NCBI GenBank assembly: GCA_038058635.1
Contig: JBBUAP010000001.1
Span: 94,157 to 158,156, forward strand
Origin: Patescibacteria group bacterium
GTDB lineage: Bacteria > Patescibacteriota > UBA1384 > 2-12-FULL-50-11
DNA: 64,000 bases
Reading direction: 5' to 3'
Shown here: one piece after another, positions 36,094 to 46,248 of the stretch
Layout of the letters: every line of letters begins with the position of its first letter
How positions within the stretch are numbered: position 1 is the first letter of the stretch
The notes under the pieces: generated by a model
The model's input: only the letters and a program-made list of their open reading frames with translations
What the model was told of the DNA's origin: nothing
The model's database searches: none
Position numbers and translations under genes: made by a program

Positions 36094-38180
36094 GAAAGCA
36101 TCTCCTTCTCGATCGTGTCAACCAGGAATGGGGCGAAGTCCGAGAGGATGACTAGCTGACGTTTTAGGGCAACGAGTAGGCAGGACTTGGCTTGCTCGAC
36201 CCGATCAGGGCTTTCAGCTTCGCGGATAGCGGTTTTTTCGTATTCCAAGAATTGGTCCGCAAAGTCATGCCAGAAGAATTCGTATAGCTCCTCGAGGGCA
36301 ACGGACAGTTTTAGAGCAGCGAAATTCTTCTCGTTTTTTTGCTCGAGCTTTTCGAGTTTCTTGAAGAATTCTTCTTCCGTATGGTCGAGTTTTGACTTTT
36401 GAGTTTTGACTTTTGAGTTGGAGCTTGTCGATTCAGCGACAAAGCGACTGGCATTCCATATCTTCGTCGCAAAGTTACGATACTTCAGAATCTTTTGCTC
36501 GGTGTAACGCTGTGGTGTGCCTGGAGAATTGCCTCCCAGCAAACTCATACGGAGAGCGTCAGAGCCATATTTTTCGATCATTACCATCGGATCCATTACA
36601 TTCCCCTTGCTCTTACTCATCTTCTCGCCCTTTTCATCGAGGACAAAGCCATGGAAATAAACTTGCTTGAACGGAATCTTACCCGTCAGGGCTTCGCTTA
36701 ACATGATCATTCGAGCAACCCAGAAGAAGATAATCTCAGGGGCTGTTTCTAGAAAGTTCGTCGGGAAGTAACGCAACAAATCAGGCGCCTCTTCATTTGG
36801 CCAGCCTAAGGTAGAAAACGGCCAAAGACCAGACGAAAACCAAGTGTCTAAGACGTCAGGGTCTTGAGTTAGCTTCTTGTTACCAGCCTGTTTCTGGGCT
36901 TCTTCGAGACTATCGGCAACATAAACCCTACCATCTTCATCGTACCAAGCTGGAATCTCGTGCCCCCACCAAAGCTGTCGAGATATGCACCAATCATGCA
37001 AGTTCTTTAACCAATGGAAATAGAGCTTCTCTAAATTCTTCGGAGTGAATTTAATTTCACCAGATTTAACCGCTTTGATAGCTGCTTCTTTAACAGCAGT
37101 CGCCTTCATGAACCACTGCGGTAGGATCTGTGGCTCAATCTTGCCGCCGCCTCTATAGCTGACGGCAACACGATGACGATATTTCTCATCGACTTTAACG
37201 AGTAGCCCCTTGTCTTGGAGCTTTTGGGCAATATCTTTTCTCGCTTCATCGATTTTTCTTCCTGCGAACTCACCGGCTATTGGCAATAACTTCCCGAACT
37301 GATCAATAACCTGAACTTTATCTAACTTATGACGGGTAGCAATCTCAAAATCGGTCTTGTCGTGCCAGGGAGTGATAGTCATAACTCCAGTACCAAATTC
37401 TGGGTCAACCGCCTCGTCTTTGATGACTGTGGCGGTAATTTTACCGTTTATCCATTCACACTCGAAAGTCTCGCCATCCTTGTATTTGGCGTAGCGTTTA
37501 TCGGTCGGATGCATTACGACATATTTATCACCGAATTTTGTTTCTGGCCGGGCAGTACTTATCTCAAAAGGCCCAAACTTAAAAGTATAAAAAGGCGTCG
37601 TCTCTTCAAGGTGCTCAATTTCATCGTCAGAAATCGTTGTTTGCATCTTGGGATCCCAGTTAATAATAAACTCGGATTTATAGATCAACTCCTTTTCATA
37701 AAGCCGAACGAAGGCGGTGCGAACAGCGTTCTTTGAATGCTCGTCCATCGTAAAGCGGAAGCGGTTCCAGTCGGCCGACAGACCGAGGCGCTTCAGAGAG
37801 CCCTCCATCCGTGGCATATAATGCTTGATCCAGACCCAAACTTCTTCCAAAAACTTCTCCCGGCCAATTTGACTCCGGCTTAACCCCTGTTCTTTTTGAA
37901 TTTTCTTTTCGACTAAGGCCTGAACGGCGATAGCGGCGTGATCCATGCCGGGTAAAACCAAGACATCTTTGCCAAGACGGCGCTGATGACGGGCGATGGT
38001 GTCCTGAATGCCGTAGGTCAGAGCGTGACCCAAGTGCAAATCGCCTGTAACATTTGGTGGCGGAATAACGATCGAGTACGGCTCACCCTTGCCTGACGGC
38101 ACAAACTGCTTCTCGGCTTCCCACCGAGCGTAAATATCTGGTTCTTTGGTGTGGTCGTAACGAGTTAGGATCTCTTTCAT
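36090..38180 (-). CDS. valS: valine--tRNA ligase (short form, no C-terminal coiled coil)
   Basis: PPPNVTGDLHLGHA, DWCISRQLWWGH, DVLDTWFSS, KMSKS. Confidence 0.97.
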   Translation of the reverse strand: MKEILTRYDHTKEPDIYARWEAEKQFVPSGKGEPYSIVIPPPNVTGDLHLGHALTYGIQDTIARHQRRLGKDVLVLPGMDHAAIAVQALVEKKIQKEQGLSRSQIGREKFLEEVWVWIKHYMPRMEGSLKRLGLSADWNRFRFTMDEHSKNAVRTAFVRLYEKELIYKSEFIINWDPKMQTTISDDEIEHLEETTPFYTFKFGPFEISTARPETKFGDKYVVMHPTDKRYAKYKDGETFECEWINGKITATVIKDEAVDPEFGTGVMTITPWHDKTDFEIATRHKLDKVQVIDQFGKLLPIAGEFAGRKIDEARKDIAQKLQDKGLLVKVDEKYRHRVAVSYRGGGKIEPQILPQWFMKATAVKEAAIKAVKSGEIKFTPKNLEKLYFHWLKNLHDWCISRQLWWGHEIPAWYDEDGRVYVADSLEEAQKQAGNKKLTQDPDVLDTWFSSGLWPFSTLGWPNEEAPDLLRYFPTNFLETAPEIIFFWVARMIMLSEALTGKIPFKQVYFHGFVLDEKGEKMSKSKGNVMDPMVMIEKYGSDALRMSLLGGNSPGTPQRYTEQKILKYRNFATKIWNASRFVAESTSSNSKVKTQKSKLDHTEEEFFKKLEKLEQKNEKNFAALKLSVALEELYEFFWHDFADQFLEYEKTAIREAESPDRVEQAKSCLLVALKRQLVILSDFAPFLVDTIEKEMLS

Positions 38181-38272
38181 TAGATTTTATTTTACTGGTT
38201 TGTGCATATTTTGCCCAGGAAGCCTCATCGTTGCGTCTTGATTTATTTACGGGTTTGGTATACAATCCTCCC

Positions 38273-39235
38273 ATGCACTTTCGACATTTAGGTTTCCTAA
38301 CAGCGATACTCTTCGCTATTATCGTCATCGGTTGCGGTTCTAACAAGACTGCGGCAACTAGCCCCTCTTCAACATCGGCCAATCAAGCCAAGGTACCGAT
38401 AGCTCCAAGCGTTCCCGATCTTGTGGTCGACACGCCCGAGTTCAACGTGATTCGGCAGGATCGGATGGCCAAGCTCGACAAGGTCATGAAAGCAGCTTTC
38501 AGGGTCGTCAAGAAGTTACAGGACAAGGAGGCGATCAAAGTCTGGGACTTCATGGCCAAGAACGGCCGGCCGGCAATTATTGCCGGATCAATGCATGTCA
38601 TCGGAGATCAGGCGCCAGCAGAGCACCCGTTCTACTTGATCGTGGTTACTGCTGATGATGCCAGGCGGGGCGAGCCCTGGTCGGACATCTGGTACGAGCG
38701 CAATGAAGTGATCGCCAGGCACGTCAAGTTTGCCGATCGCGAAGCAGTCGTTCTTCCAGACGTCTCGGTCAGCGACTTCGCCCGAACTTTGGTCTTCGTT
38801 CACGAGTTACGTCACGCATGGTCACATGCAACCACGGTGGTTCCCGACACAGTCGATGGCACCCTCAATGAGGAGTTGCCAGCCTACTCCCTACAGGATC
38901 GGCTTGCTCGCAAACTCGCCGGCAAACCATTCGAAACGATGCTTGGCAAAGAGGTGGATAACCTTTCAGCCCAACTTACTTCAGTCGGTGCTAGCGGAGC
39001 AGAAAGCGCTATCCCGATGCTGCACTACGAGTTCAAGTCGGCAGATATGCCCAAGGCTTTTCCTGGCCTCTGCCAGCCAGGGGACGAGCAGTTCTGTTTC
39101 TCGATGTTCAACCGCTTGGCCATCCAAGAGGCCTTGGATCGAACCCAGAGCAAGAGCGACGCTCTACGTCTGAAGAAGCGGATTCTTGAGATCCTACTGC
39201 GCCATGCCGGCCTCATTCCGGAGAACGCGAAGTAA
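38273..39235 (+). CDS. putative lipoprotein with HEXXH motif
   Basis: Signal ending IVIGC; FVHELRH plus NEE..AY; TACAAT 6 nt before ATG 38273. Confidence 0.65.
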   Translation: MHFRHLGFLTAILFAIIVIGCGSNKTAATSPSSTSANQAKVPIAPSVPDLVVDTPEFNVIRQDRMAKLDKVMKAAFRVVKKLQDKEAIKVWDFMAKNGRPAIIAGSMHVIGDQAPAEHPFYLIVVTADDARRGEPWSDIWYERNEVIARHVKFADREAVVLPDVSVSDFARTLVFVHELRHAWSHATTVVPDTVDGTLNEELPAYSLQDRLARKLAGKPFETMLGKEVDNLSAQLTSVGASGAESAIPMLHYEFKSADMPKAFPGLCQPGDEQFCFSMFNRLAIQEALDRTQSKSDALRLKKRILEILLRHAGLIPENAK

Positions 39236-39259
39236 GACCACTGATCTTGGCTTTCAATA

Positions 39260-39285
39260 GGCTCCCCGCGCTGGGAGCCATTTTT
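39260..39285 (+). terminator. intrinsic terminator
   Basis: GGCTCCC...GGGAGCC then ATTTTT. Confidence 0.65.
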
Positions 39286-40302
39286 CTATAGAGATTGGTT
39301 CGGGTCGGCCATCAACTTCTGCCAGGGCGTTGGCTGACCGTACAGCGCATGGAAAACGGCTGCCGCGCCGATCATGGCGGCGTTGTCGGTGCAGTAATTT
39401 AGTTCGGGGACAAAAAACTTCATCTCCGGGTTAAAAATATGAACGGCTTGTTCCAGACGAACCCGTAGATGCTCATTTGCTGCAACGCCACCAACTAGGC
39501 AAACAGATTTAACTTCAAGGTTTTTCTCTAATGCCCAAACCGATTTTTTGACAATCGTATCGGCGACGGTTTTTTGAAAGCTAGCGGCGATGTCGGCTTT
39601 GACGTGGCGAGGTAGCGGATCCGGCATTTTGCTCACCAATCCAGCTACTGCCGCCTTCAAACCGCTGAAAGAAAACTCGAGATTGCCGTGTTCGGGAAGT
39701 GAGATCGGTAGCTTGTAGGCATCGGCGTTGCCCTCCTTGGCCAGATGGTCGATTGCTGGTCCGCCCGGGTAAGGCAAGCCAAGCAAGCGAGCAATTTTGT
39801 CGAAGGCTTCGCCGGCAGCATCATCGCGGGTGGCGCCAACGAGCTCGTAAGAAAGGTGTTTTTTCATTAGCACCAGTTCGCTATGACCGCCGGAGATAAT
39901 AGCAATTAAGGCCGGTAGCTCTGGCTGGTCCTCTCCTAGCCAAGCCGAGTATAGGTGTCCTTCCAGATGGTTGATCGGATAGAATGGCTTACCAGTCACC
40001 TGAGCGATTGTTTTGGCGGCCGACTGACCGATCAGTAAACAACCAATCAAACCCGGACCGCTAGTGACGGCAATAGCATCAAAATCAAGTTTTTTACCCT
40101 CGGTAGCCTGGCTCAACACATGAGTCAGGGCTTCCGTATGCATTCGGGCGGCGATGTCCGGAATCACCCCGCCGGTTTTAGCGTGAGTTTTAAGTTGAGA
40201 GGCGACGATATTAGTTAAGATATTGAGCTTACCGTCGTCTGTAGCCTCAACAATCGCCGCCGCGGTTTCATCGCAACTTGTTTCAATCGCCAGTATTCTC
40301 AT
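39286..40302 (-). CDS. tsaD: tRNA threonylcarbamoyltransferase TsaD
   Basis: ILAIETSCDETA, GPGL, NHLEGH, DDAAGEAFDK, FSFSGLK, TDNAAMI. Confidence 0.97.
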   Translation of the reverse strand: MRILAIETSCDETAAAIVEATDDGKLNILTNIVASQLKTHAKTGGVIPDIAARMHTEALTHVLSQATEGKKLDFDAIAVTSGPGLIGCLLIGQSAAKTIAQVTGKPFYPINHLEGHLYSAWLGEDQPELPALIAIISGGHSELVLMKKHLSYELVGATRDDAAGEAFDKIARLLGLPYPGGPAIDHLAKEGNADAYKLPISLPEHGNLEFSFSGLKAAVAGLVSKMPDPLPRHVKADIAASFQKTVADTIVKKSVWALEKNLEVKSVCLVGGVAANEHLRVRLEQAVHIFNPEMKFFVPELNYCTDNAAMIGAAAVFHALYGQPTPWQKLMADPNQSL

Positions 40303-40381
40303 TTCGAGCGCCTCGGTGCGAGAAAGAAAAGTTTTCTTTTCATATAGAGCCATTCTAGTTGATTACAGGTATACTTAACAC

Positions 40382-41317
40382 ATGTTCAAGTCGATCCTGC
40401 AAACCGACTTCTGGGCCAAGTTCAAAGAATCGAGTGGTTGGAAGTCAAGAATGTATGGCTCGCTTTATGGCCTTACCCGGCAGCTGCCGTTCGGCCGATC
40501 GATACTTTATTTTCCCGAGATTCCGCTCGATCTTGATCATGGCGTACCGTTTGACGATCAAGCAATCTATATTTCTAGGAAGGACGATCAGAAGCCACCG
40601 AAGGGCAGGATATTCACCCGGTTTGAATTCCTGGAGTTTTGGAGCCCGGAACATGCCAACAAGCTACTCCACGCCGGTTTAGTCAAAGCATTTGAAGATG
40701 TTCAGCCGGAGTACCGGCAGTGGGTAATGCTCGACAAATCCGAAGAAGAACTCTTAAAAGAGATGAAGCCAAAAGGGCGCTACAACATTGGCGTCGGCAA
40801 AAAGCACAATCTCGAAGTCCAGTGGGGGATTTCGGACCGATCAATTCAAGGACTGTTCGACCTTTACAGCCAGACGGCTAAAAGGGCCGATTTCCAGGGT
40901 CGTAATCTAGGCTATTTTCAGAAGCTCGCTCAAGTGCTCAAAGAGAATAATGCCGGCGACATCGTCGTGGTTTCTAACAATAACGAACCATTATCTGCTC
41001 TCCTACTTTCTTTTTACGGTGGGGTTTGTAGCTATCTCTACGGCGGTTCGGGCGGAGATAGAAGCTTAATGGCACCGTACCTAGCTCATTGGGAAGCAAT
41101 AACCGAAGCCAAAAAGCGCGGCATGGCCGTCTATGACTTGTTAGCTATTGCTCCCGAAGGCAAGGAAAACCATCCCCACGCCGGCCTGACTCGCTTCAAA
41201 ACTCAGTTCGGTGGCCAGTCAGTGCGGTTGTTGGGTTCGTGGGACTTGGTTCACTCGCCCATTTGGTATACACTCTACAGGTTCGCTGAAAGGCGACGAA
41301 GAAAGACGATTCAATGA
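40382..41317 (+). CDS. FemAB/FemX-family peptidoglycan bridge peptidyltransferase
   Basis: LQT..WA.FK...GW, MKPKGRYNI, YLYGGS, GLTRFKTQFGG. Confidence 0.9.
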   Translation: MFKSILQTDFWAKFKESSGWKSRMYGSLYGLTRQLPFGRSILYFPEIPLDLDHGVPFDDQAIYISRKDDQKPPKGRIFTRFEFLEFWSPEHANKLLHAGLVKAFEDVQPEYRQWVMLDKSEEELLKEMKPKGRYNIGVGKKHNLEVQWGISDRSIQGLFDLYSQTAKRADFQGRNLGYFQKLAQVLKENNAGDIVVVSNNNEPLSALLLSFYGGVCSYLYGGSGGDRSLMAPYLAHWEAITEAKKRGMAVYDLLAIAPEGKENHPHAGLTRFKTQFGGQSVRLLGSWDLVHSPIWYTLYRFAERRRRKTIQ

Positions 41318-42663
41318 GTTTAAAGAAAAAAATACGACAGATTAGCCCTGATTGGTTGGTCAATTTTTACCATCTCGCTCGAGGTGTAGCGGCAGCGATA
41401 ATCTACGGTTTTCCCGCCAAAAAGCTCCGGGTCATCGGTGTTACGGGGACTAACGGCAAGACTACTACCGCCCATTTAATCGCCTCCGTTTTACAATCTG
41501 GTGGTCGTAAAGTTGGCTTGGCTTCGACGGTAGACTTTCGGATTGGCGATAAAGTAATCGAAAATAACCTTAAGATGACCACCGTCAGCCCATTTTTATT
41601 GCAGAAATTGCTCTCGCAGATGGTTAAGGCCGGTTGTGAAGATGCTGTTATTGAAGTAACTTCAATCGGACTGGATCAACATCGATTATGGGGCATTCCG
41701 TTTCAAGTGGCCGTTTTCACTAACCTAACGCACGACCACCTTGACTACCACCAGACGATGGAAAAATATCGCCAGGCCAAAGAAGAGCTGTTTAGCCATC
41801 GACCGGCGCTATCAGTGATTAACATTGACGATCCGGCGGCCGAGCACTTCTTGCGTCACAGCGCTAACCGGACCGTCACTTACAGCTTAAAATCTAACGC
41901 CGACTTAGTCGGTAAGAAGATCTACCAACGCGCCGGCGGGACCGACTTTGTTCTGCTCGCTCGCGGTCATCAAGCCAGTATCTCCATTCCGATGCCGGGC
42001 GAATTTAATGTCGCCAACGCTTTGGCGGCCGCTGGTGTTGGGCTGGGCTTAGGATTGTCGCTCGAAGAGGTTGTTGAAGGGTTACGGATCGTCCAGCCAG
42101 TGCCTGGTCGGATGGAAATAGTCGACTGCGGTCAGGCCTTTACCGCCATTGTCGATTACGCTCACACGCCCGATGCCCTTCAGAAGGTATACGAGACAAT
42201 CAAACCGGCCGTTCACGGCAAGATGATCTCGGTTCTAGGCGCTACCGGACAGCGCGACAAAACCAAGCGACCGATTCTGGGCGCGCTAGCTGGCCGTTAC
42301 GCCGACTTTGTCATTGTCACCAACGAAGATCCGTACAACGAAGATCCCAACACTATTATTGACGAGGTAGCCGCCGGCGTTCCCCGCGGCCGACCGCTTC
42401 GCGGTCGCTATAAGGTCAAGAAAGCCGGCGACGAGGAAGGTGACTTATCTTTCAAGTACAAAGACAACGGTGAAGAGATCTGGTGGTGGCGCGTGCCTGA
42501 TCGCAAAGAGGCGATCGCCAAGGCCTGCCAAATGGCTCGGCCGCAAGATGTTGTACTAGTGACCGGCAAAGGGGCGGAAAAAGTGATGGCCGTTGGCGAC
42601 AAACTCGTGCCGTTCTCCGATCGCCAGGTGCTGGAAGAACTGCTCCAAAAGTACCGAGTTTAG
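41314..42663 (+). CDS. murE: UDP-MurNAc-tripeptide ligase MurE
   Basis: GVTGTNGKTTT, TNLTHDHLDYH, VPGRME, VDYAHTPD, VLVTGKG. Confidence 0.93.
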   Translation: MSLKKKIRQISPDWLVNFYHLARGVAAAIIYGFPAKKLRVIGVTGTNGKTTTAHLIASVLQSGGRKVGLASTVDFRIGDKVIENNLKMTTVSPFLLQKLLSQMVKAGCEDAVIEVTSIGLDQHRLWGIPFQVAVFTNLTHDHLDYHQTMEKYRQAKEELFSHRPALSVINIDDPAAEHFLRHSANRTVTYSLKSNADLVGKKIYQRAGGTDFVLLARGHQASISIPMPGEFNVANALAAAGVGLGLGLSLEEVVEGLRIVQPVPGRMEIVDCGQAFTAIVDYAHTPDALQKVYETIKPAVHGKMISVLGATGQRDKTKRPILGALAGRYADFVIVTNEDPYNEDPNTIIDEVAAGVPRGRPLRGRYKVKKAGDEEGDLSFKYKDNGEEIWWWRVPDRKEAIAKACQMARPQDVVLVTGKGAEKVMAVGDKLVPFSDRQVLEELLQKYRV

Positions 42664-42690
42664 CGTCTTTTTCTCTGGTATACTCCAAGC

Positions 42691-45387
42691 ATGTCTAAGG
42701 GTCTGCCAAAGATTTTATTGCTTGATTCGAATGCCTTAATTCATCGGTCGTTTCACGCTCTGCCGCCGTTGACGACGCCGAAGGGTGAGCAGGTTAATGC
42801 CGTTTACGGCTTTGCTAACGCCCTTTTGAAAGCGATCAAAGACGAGAAGCCCGACTATGTCGTTGCCTGTTTTGATGCCGGCCGGGAGACTTTCCGCAAT
42901 GAAATATTTGACGGCTATAAAGCTCATCGCAAAGAGACTGACACCGCCCTGATCGATCAATTTCCCCGTGTTCGGCAGATTGTCGATGTTCTAAACATCC
43001 CCGCCTTTGAACAAAAAGGCGTTGAAGCCGACGACTTAATTGGGTCGCTGGCGGCCATCGCTACCAAAGATGGCTTACAAACAGTCGTCGTTACCGGCGA
43101 TAACGACGCCTTACAATTAGTTAACGACTCAGTCTCGGTTTATTCTTTGCGCCGAGGGGTGACCGACACGCTGGTTTACCATCGCGATGATGTTTTAGGG
43201 AAAATGGGCGTTTTTCCCGAGCAGATTGTTGATTACAAGGCCTTGGCGGGCGATTCGTCTGACAATATTCCTGGGGCGCCGGGCATCGGACCCAAAACCG
43301 CCGTCGAGCTGTTGGGGAAGTATCAGACGCTGGACAATATTTACGATCATCTTGACGAGCTGAAAGATCGGCCCCGCCAGATTTTAGCCGATAATAAAGA
43401 AACGGTGTTGATGAGCCGGCGATTGGCGGCGATTCGGTTGGATTTAGAGATTGATCTCAATCTTGAGGAAGCCGATGTTGCCAACTTCGATTTCTCCAAA
43501 GTGGTCGGCCTTTTTCAGGAACTGGATTTCAAGTCGCTACTAGCGAAGTTGCCACAAGCGGCTGTTGTCGGTCAGGCGTCACTATTTGATACGAAGAAAA
43601 CTGAAGTAGTGAAAATTGAGCCGTCCTTGCCTTTCGAAGCTATCACTACTATTGAGCGTTGGGAGGAGCTGGCCAAAGAGCTCGCGCGACAGCCGATTCT
43701 TTGCATCGACACCGAAACGGTTGATCTCGACGGCGAATTGATCGGCGTTTCTTTTGCTTGGAGTAAAGACAAGGCAGCTTACTTACCGTTGGCACCAGCC
43801 TACCCAGGTGGTCTGCCAATCGAGCAGGTCCGGACTTCAGTTCAGCAAGTCTTGAATAGCGACAGTAAAAAGCTTGGCCATAACCTCAAATACGATCTCC
43901 ATTCTCTCCTGGGCGCCGGATTCTCGGTGAATAACGTCTGGTTTGATACGATGATCGCCTCCCAACTGGTCAACTCGACCGCCTACTCCCACCGGCTTGA
44001 TGACCTAGCAATGACCGAACTGAACTTCAAGAAGATTCCGACCTTGCAAATTTTGGGTGGGAAGAAGGACGGCGTCATGACAGACGCTTCGGTTGAAGAT
44101 TTAGCCGCCTACGCCTGCGAAGATGTCCTGGTTACCTGGCGGCTCTACGAAAAAATGGCACCTTCATTAGAAGAAGCTCATTTGAAGCGGGTGTTTTACG
44201 AAATTGAAATGCCGCTGTTGCCGATTCTGGTGGAGATGGAAGCGACCGGCATTAAAGTTGATCGAAAGTATCTCAAGGTTTTAGGCGAGAAGTTGACCTT
44301 ACGCCTGAAAGAAATCGAAAAAGAAGCCGCTAAAGAGCTGGGCGAAGGGGTTAATATAGCCTCTCCGGCCCAACTTCAAGATGTTTTGTTCAATAAACTC
44401 AAATTGCCAGTGATCGGGATCAAAAAGATAAAGAGCGGCTACTCGACCGATGCCGACAGCTTGATGAAACTGCGCGACAAGCACCCGGCGATCAAGCTGA
44501 TTCTGGAGTATCGCGAGCTGGCCAAACTCTTGAATACCTACATCGAGACTTTGCCGAACCAAATCGACAAGGTTGGTCGGGTTCATACTAGCTTTGGACA
44601 GATCGGGGCCGCGACCGGCCGAATGAGCTCCAACAATCCTAATTTGCAAAATATTCCGATTCGGACCGATCTAGGCAATGAAGTTCGTCGAGCTTTCGTG
44701 GCCGACGAGGGCAAGGTCTTTCTCGGCGTCGACTACTCGCAGATTGAGCTGCGCATCCTCGCCCACCTATGTGAAGACCCGGGGCTTATTGAGGCATTTC
44801 GTAAAGGCGATGATTTTCACGCCGCGGTTGCAGTGGAACTGGGCGTCGACCGTAGGGCTGCTAAAGCCATTAACTTTGGGATTATTTTCGGGCTAGGGGC
44901 AAACGCCTTGGCTAACGATTTAGGCATTAGCTCGACCGAAGCCCGGCAGTTTATCGATCGTTATTTCAAAACTTTCCCGGGGGTTGCTGAGTTTATCGAG
45001 AAGATGAAGCGCCAGGCTCGTGAGCAAGGTTATGTTTCGACAATGTTCGGTCGCCACCGCTACCTGCCCGATATTCATTCGCCCAACATGATGCTGCGAT
45101 CGGCGGCAGAGCGGATGGCGATGAATATGCCAATCCAGGGAACGGAAGCCGACATTATGAAGCTAGCAATGGTCGATGTTTCAAAGCGGCTACCGGAGGG
45201 AGCGAAAATGCTCCTCCAAATTCACGACGAACTGTTGTTTGAAGTCGAAAAAGGGCTAGAAGATAAAGTCGCTAAAGTCGTCAAAGAAGTAATGGGCTCC
45301 GTCGCCGAATTGAAAGTGCCGATGATCGTGGATATTAAGGTCGGTCCCAACTGGGCCGATTTGCAACACCAGCCGAAAGACGAGTAA
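42691..45387 (+). CDS. polA: DNA polymerase I
   Basis: 5' nuclease (EADD, GDSSDNIPG), IDTET exonuclease, TGRMSS.NPNLQNIP, DYSQIELR, QIHDELLFE. Confidence 0.98.
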   Translation: MSKGLPKILLLDSNALIHRSFHALPPLTTPKGEQVNAVYGFANALLKAIKDEKPDYVVACFDAGRETFRNEIFDGYKAHRKETDTALIDQFPRVRQIVDVLNIPAFEQKGVEADDLIGSLAAIATKDGLQTVVVTGDNDALQLVNDSVSVYSLRRGVTDTLVYHRDDVLGKMGVFPEQIVDYKALAGDSSDNIPGAPGIGPKTAVELLGKYQTLDNIYDHLDELKDRPRQILADNKETVLMSRRLAAIRLDLEIDLNLEEADVANFDFSKVVGLFQELDFKSLLAKLPQAAVVGQASLFDTKKTEVVKIEPSLPFEAITTIERWEELAKELARQPILCIDTETVDLDGELIGVSFAWSKDKAAYLPLAPAYPGGLPIEQVRTSVQQVLNSDSKKLGHNLKYDLHSLLGAGFSVNNVWFDTMIASQLVNSTAYSHRLDDLAMTELNFKKIPTLQILGGKKDGVMTDASVEDLAAYACEDVLVTWRLYEKMAPSLEEAHLKRVFYEIEMPLLPILVEMEATGIKVDRKYLKVLGEKLTLRLKEIEKEAAKELGEGVNIASPAQLQDVLFNKLKLPVIGIKKIKSGYSTDADSLMKLRDKHPAIKLILEYRELAKLLNTYIETLPNQIDKVGRVHTSFGQIGAATGRMSSNNPNLQNIPIRTDLGNEVRRAFVADEGKVFLGVDYSQIELRILAHLCEDPGLIEAFRKGDDFHAAVAVELGVDRRAAKAINFGIIFGLGANALANDLGISSTEARQFIDRYFKTFPGVAEFIEKMKRQAREQGYVSTMFGRHRYLPDIHSPNMMLRSAAERMAMNMPIQGTEADIMKLAMVDVSKRLPEGAKMLLQIHDELLFEVEKGLEDKVAKVVKEVMGSVAELKVPMIVDIKVGPNWADLQHQPKDE

Positions 45388-45399
45388 GTTAGTTACGCA

Positions 45400-46248
45400 A
45401 TGTTGATATATATAAAGGGTTCGGACTCGTTTTTGGCGCGGGAGGCGATCAACAAGCTTAAGGCCAAATATCTGGAGAAAAATCCAGACGGGACGGAGCT
45501 AGTGAGTATCGACTGCACCGAGACAGTTCCCAATTTTGCTGATCTGAAAGCGGTGCCGCTTTTTGCCACTTCTCGATTGATTATTATTAAACGAGCCGGG
45601 GAAATGCTGGTAGACGAGCAGAACAGCTTGGCTTCAATGCTGACTGACTTGCCGACTAGCTCGGTCGTTGTCATCTGGGATGCAAAACCCTTTAAAGCCA
45701 AGAGCCCCTTATCTATTCAAATAGATATGGCTGCTAAAACCATCAGTGTTGAGCCATTGGCTGAATCGGGACTAAAAAATTGGATCAAAGTTCAAGCAAC
45801 AGAAATAGGTTTCGAAGTCACGCCAGGGTCTGTTAATGAACTGGTTGATCAATACGGCTCCGATCTCTGGGCGATCCAAACCGATCTCAAAACAAGACAA
45901 GGCACTTCCAGTATCTCCTCCTGGGGACGAGCACAAGCGGAAAAGCCGTTCATCCTTTTTGACTATGTTCGGGGTCAAAGATGGCCAGAACTCAAAAAGC
46001 ATTTGACTGCCAGTCACCAACGCGGCGACGCTGTCGAAATGACCATCGGCGGGTTGGCGGCGGCCGTGCGCAAAAACATCTCCGATCAAAAGCTTAAGCG
46101 AAAGATGACCGATATCCTCTCGGAAATCGATATCGCCCTCAAGTCTGGCTTGATTGAAGCTGGTGATGCCGTGGCGTTATTGGCTTGCTACCTTCCTGAT
46201 GCTCAAAAGCGGGTACAATGGGAAGTAGCATGGGAGTCTTTAACCTAA
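45400..46248 (+). CDS. holA: DNA polymerase III delta subunit
   Basis: IY..G.D.FL, PLF...RLIII, L..WI......G, G.DL....DL, D..LK.G. Confidence 0.8.
   Translation: MLIYIKGSDSFLAREAINKLKAKYLEKNPDGTELVSIDCTETVPNFADLKAVPLFATSRLIIIKRAGEMLVDEQNSLASMLTDLPTSSVVVIWDAKPFKAKSPLSIQIDMAAKTISVEPLAESGLKNWIKVQATEIGFEVTPGSVNELVDQYGSDLWAIQTDLKTRQGTSSISSWGRAQAEKPFILFDYVRGQRWPELKKHLTASHQRGDAVEMTIGGLAAAVRKNISDQKLKRKMTDILSEIDIALKSGLIEAGDAVALLACYLPDAQKRVQWEVAWESLT

Noticed and set aside
42380-42490. Palindrome-derived insertion in MurE C-terminal domain
   Set aside because: A GACCGC-TTC-GCGGTC hairpin is present but does not match the other repeat families; needs an alignment to call
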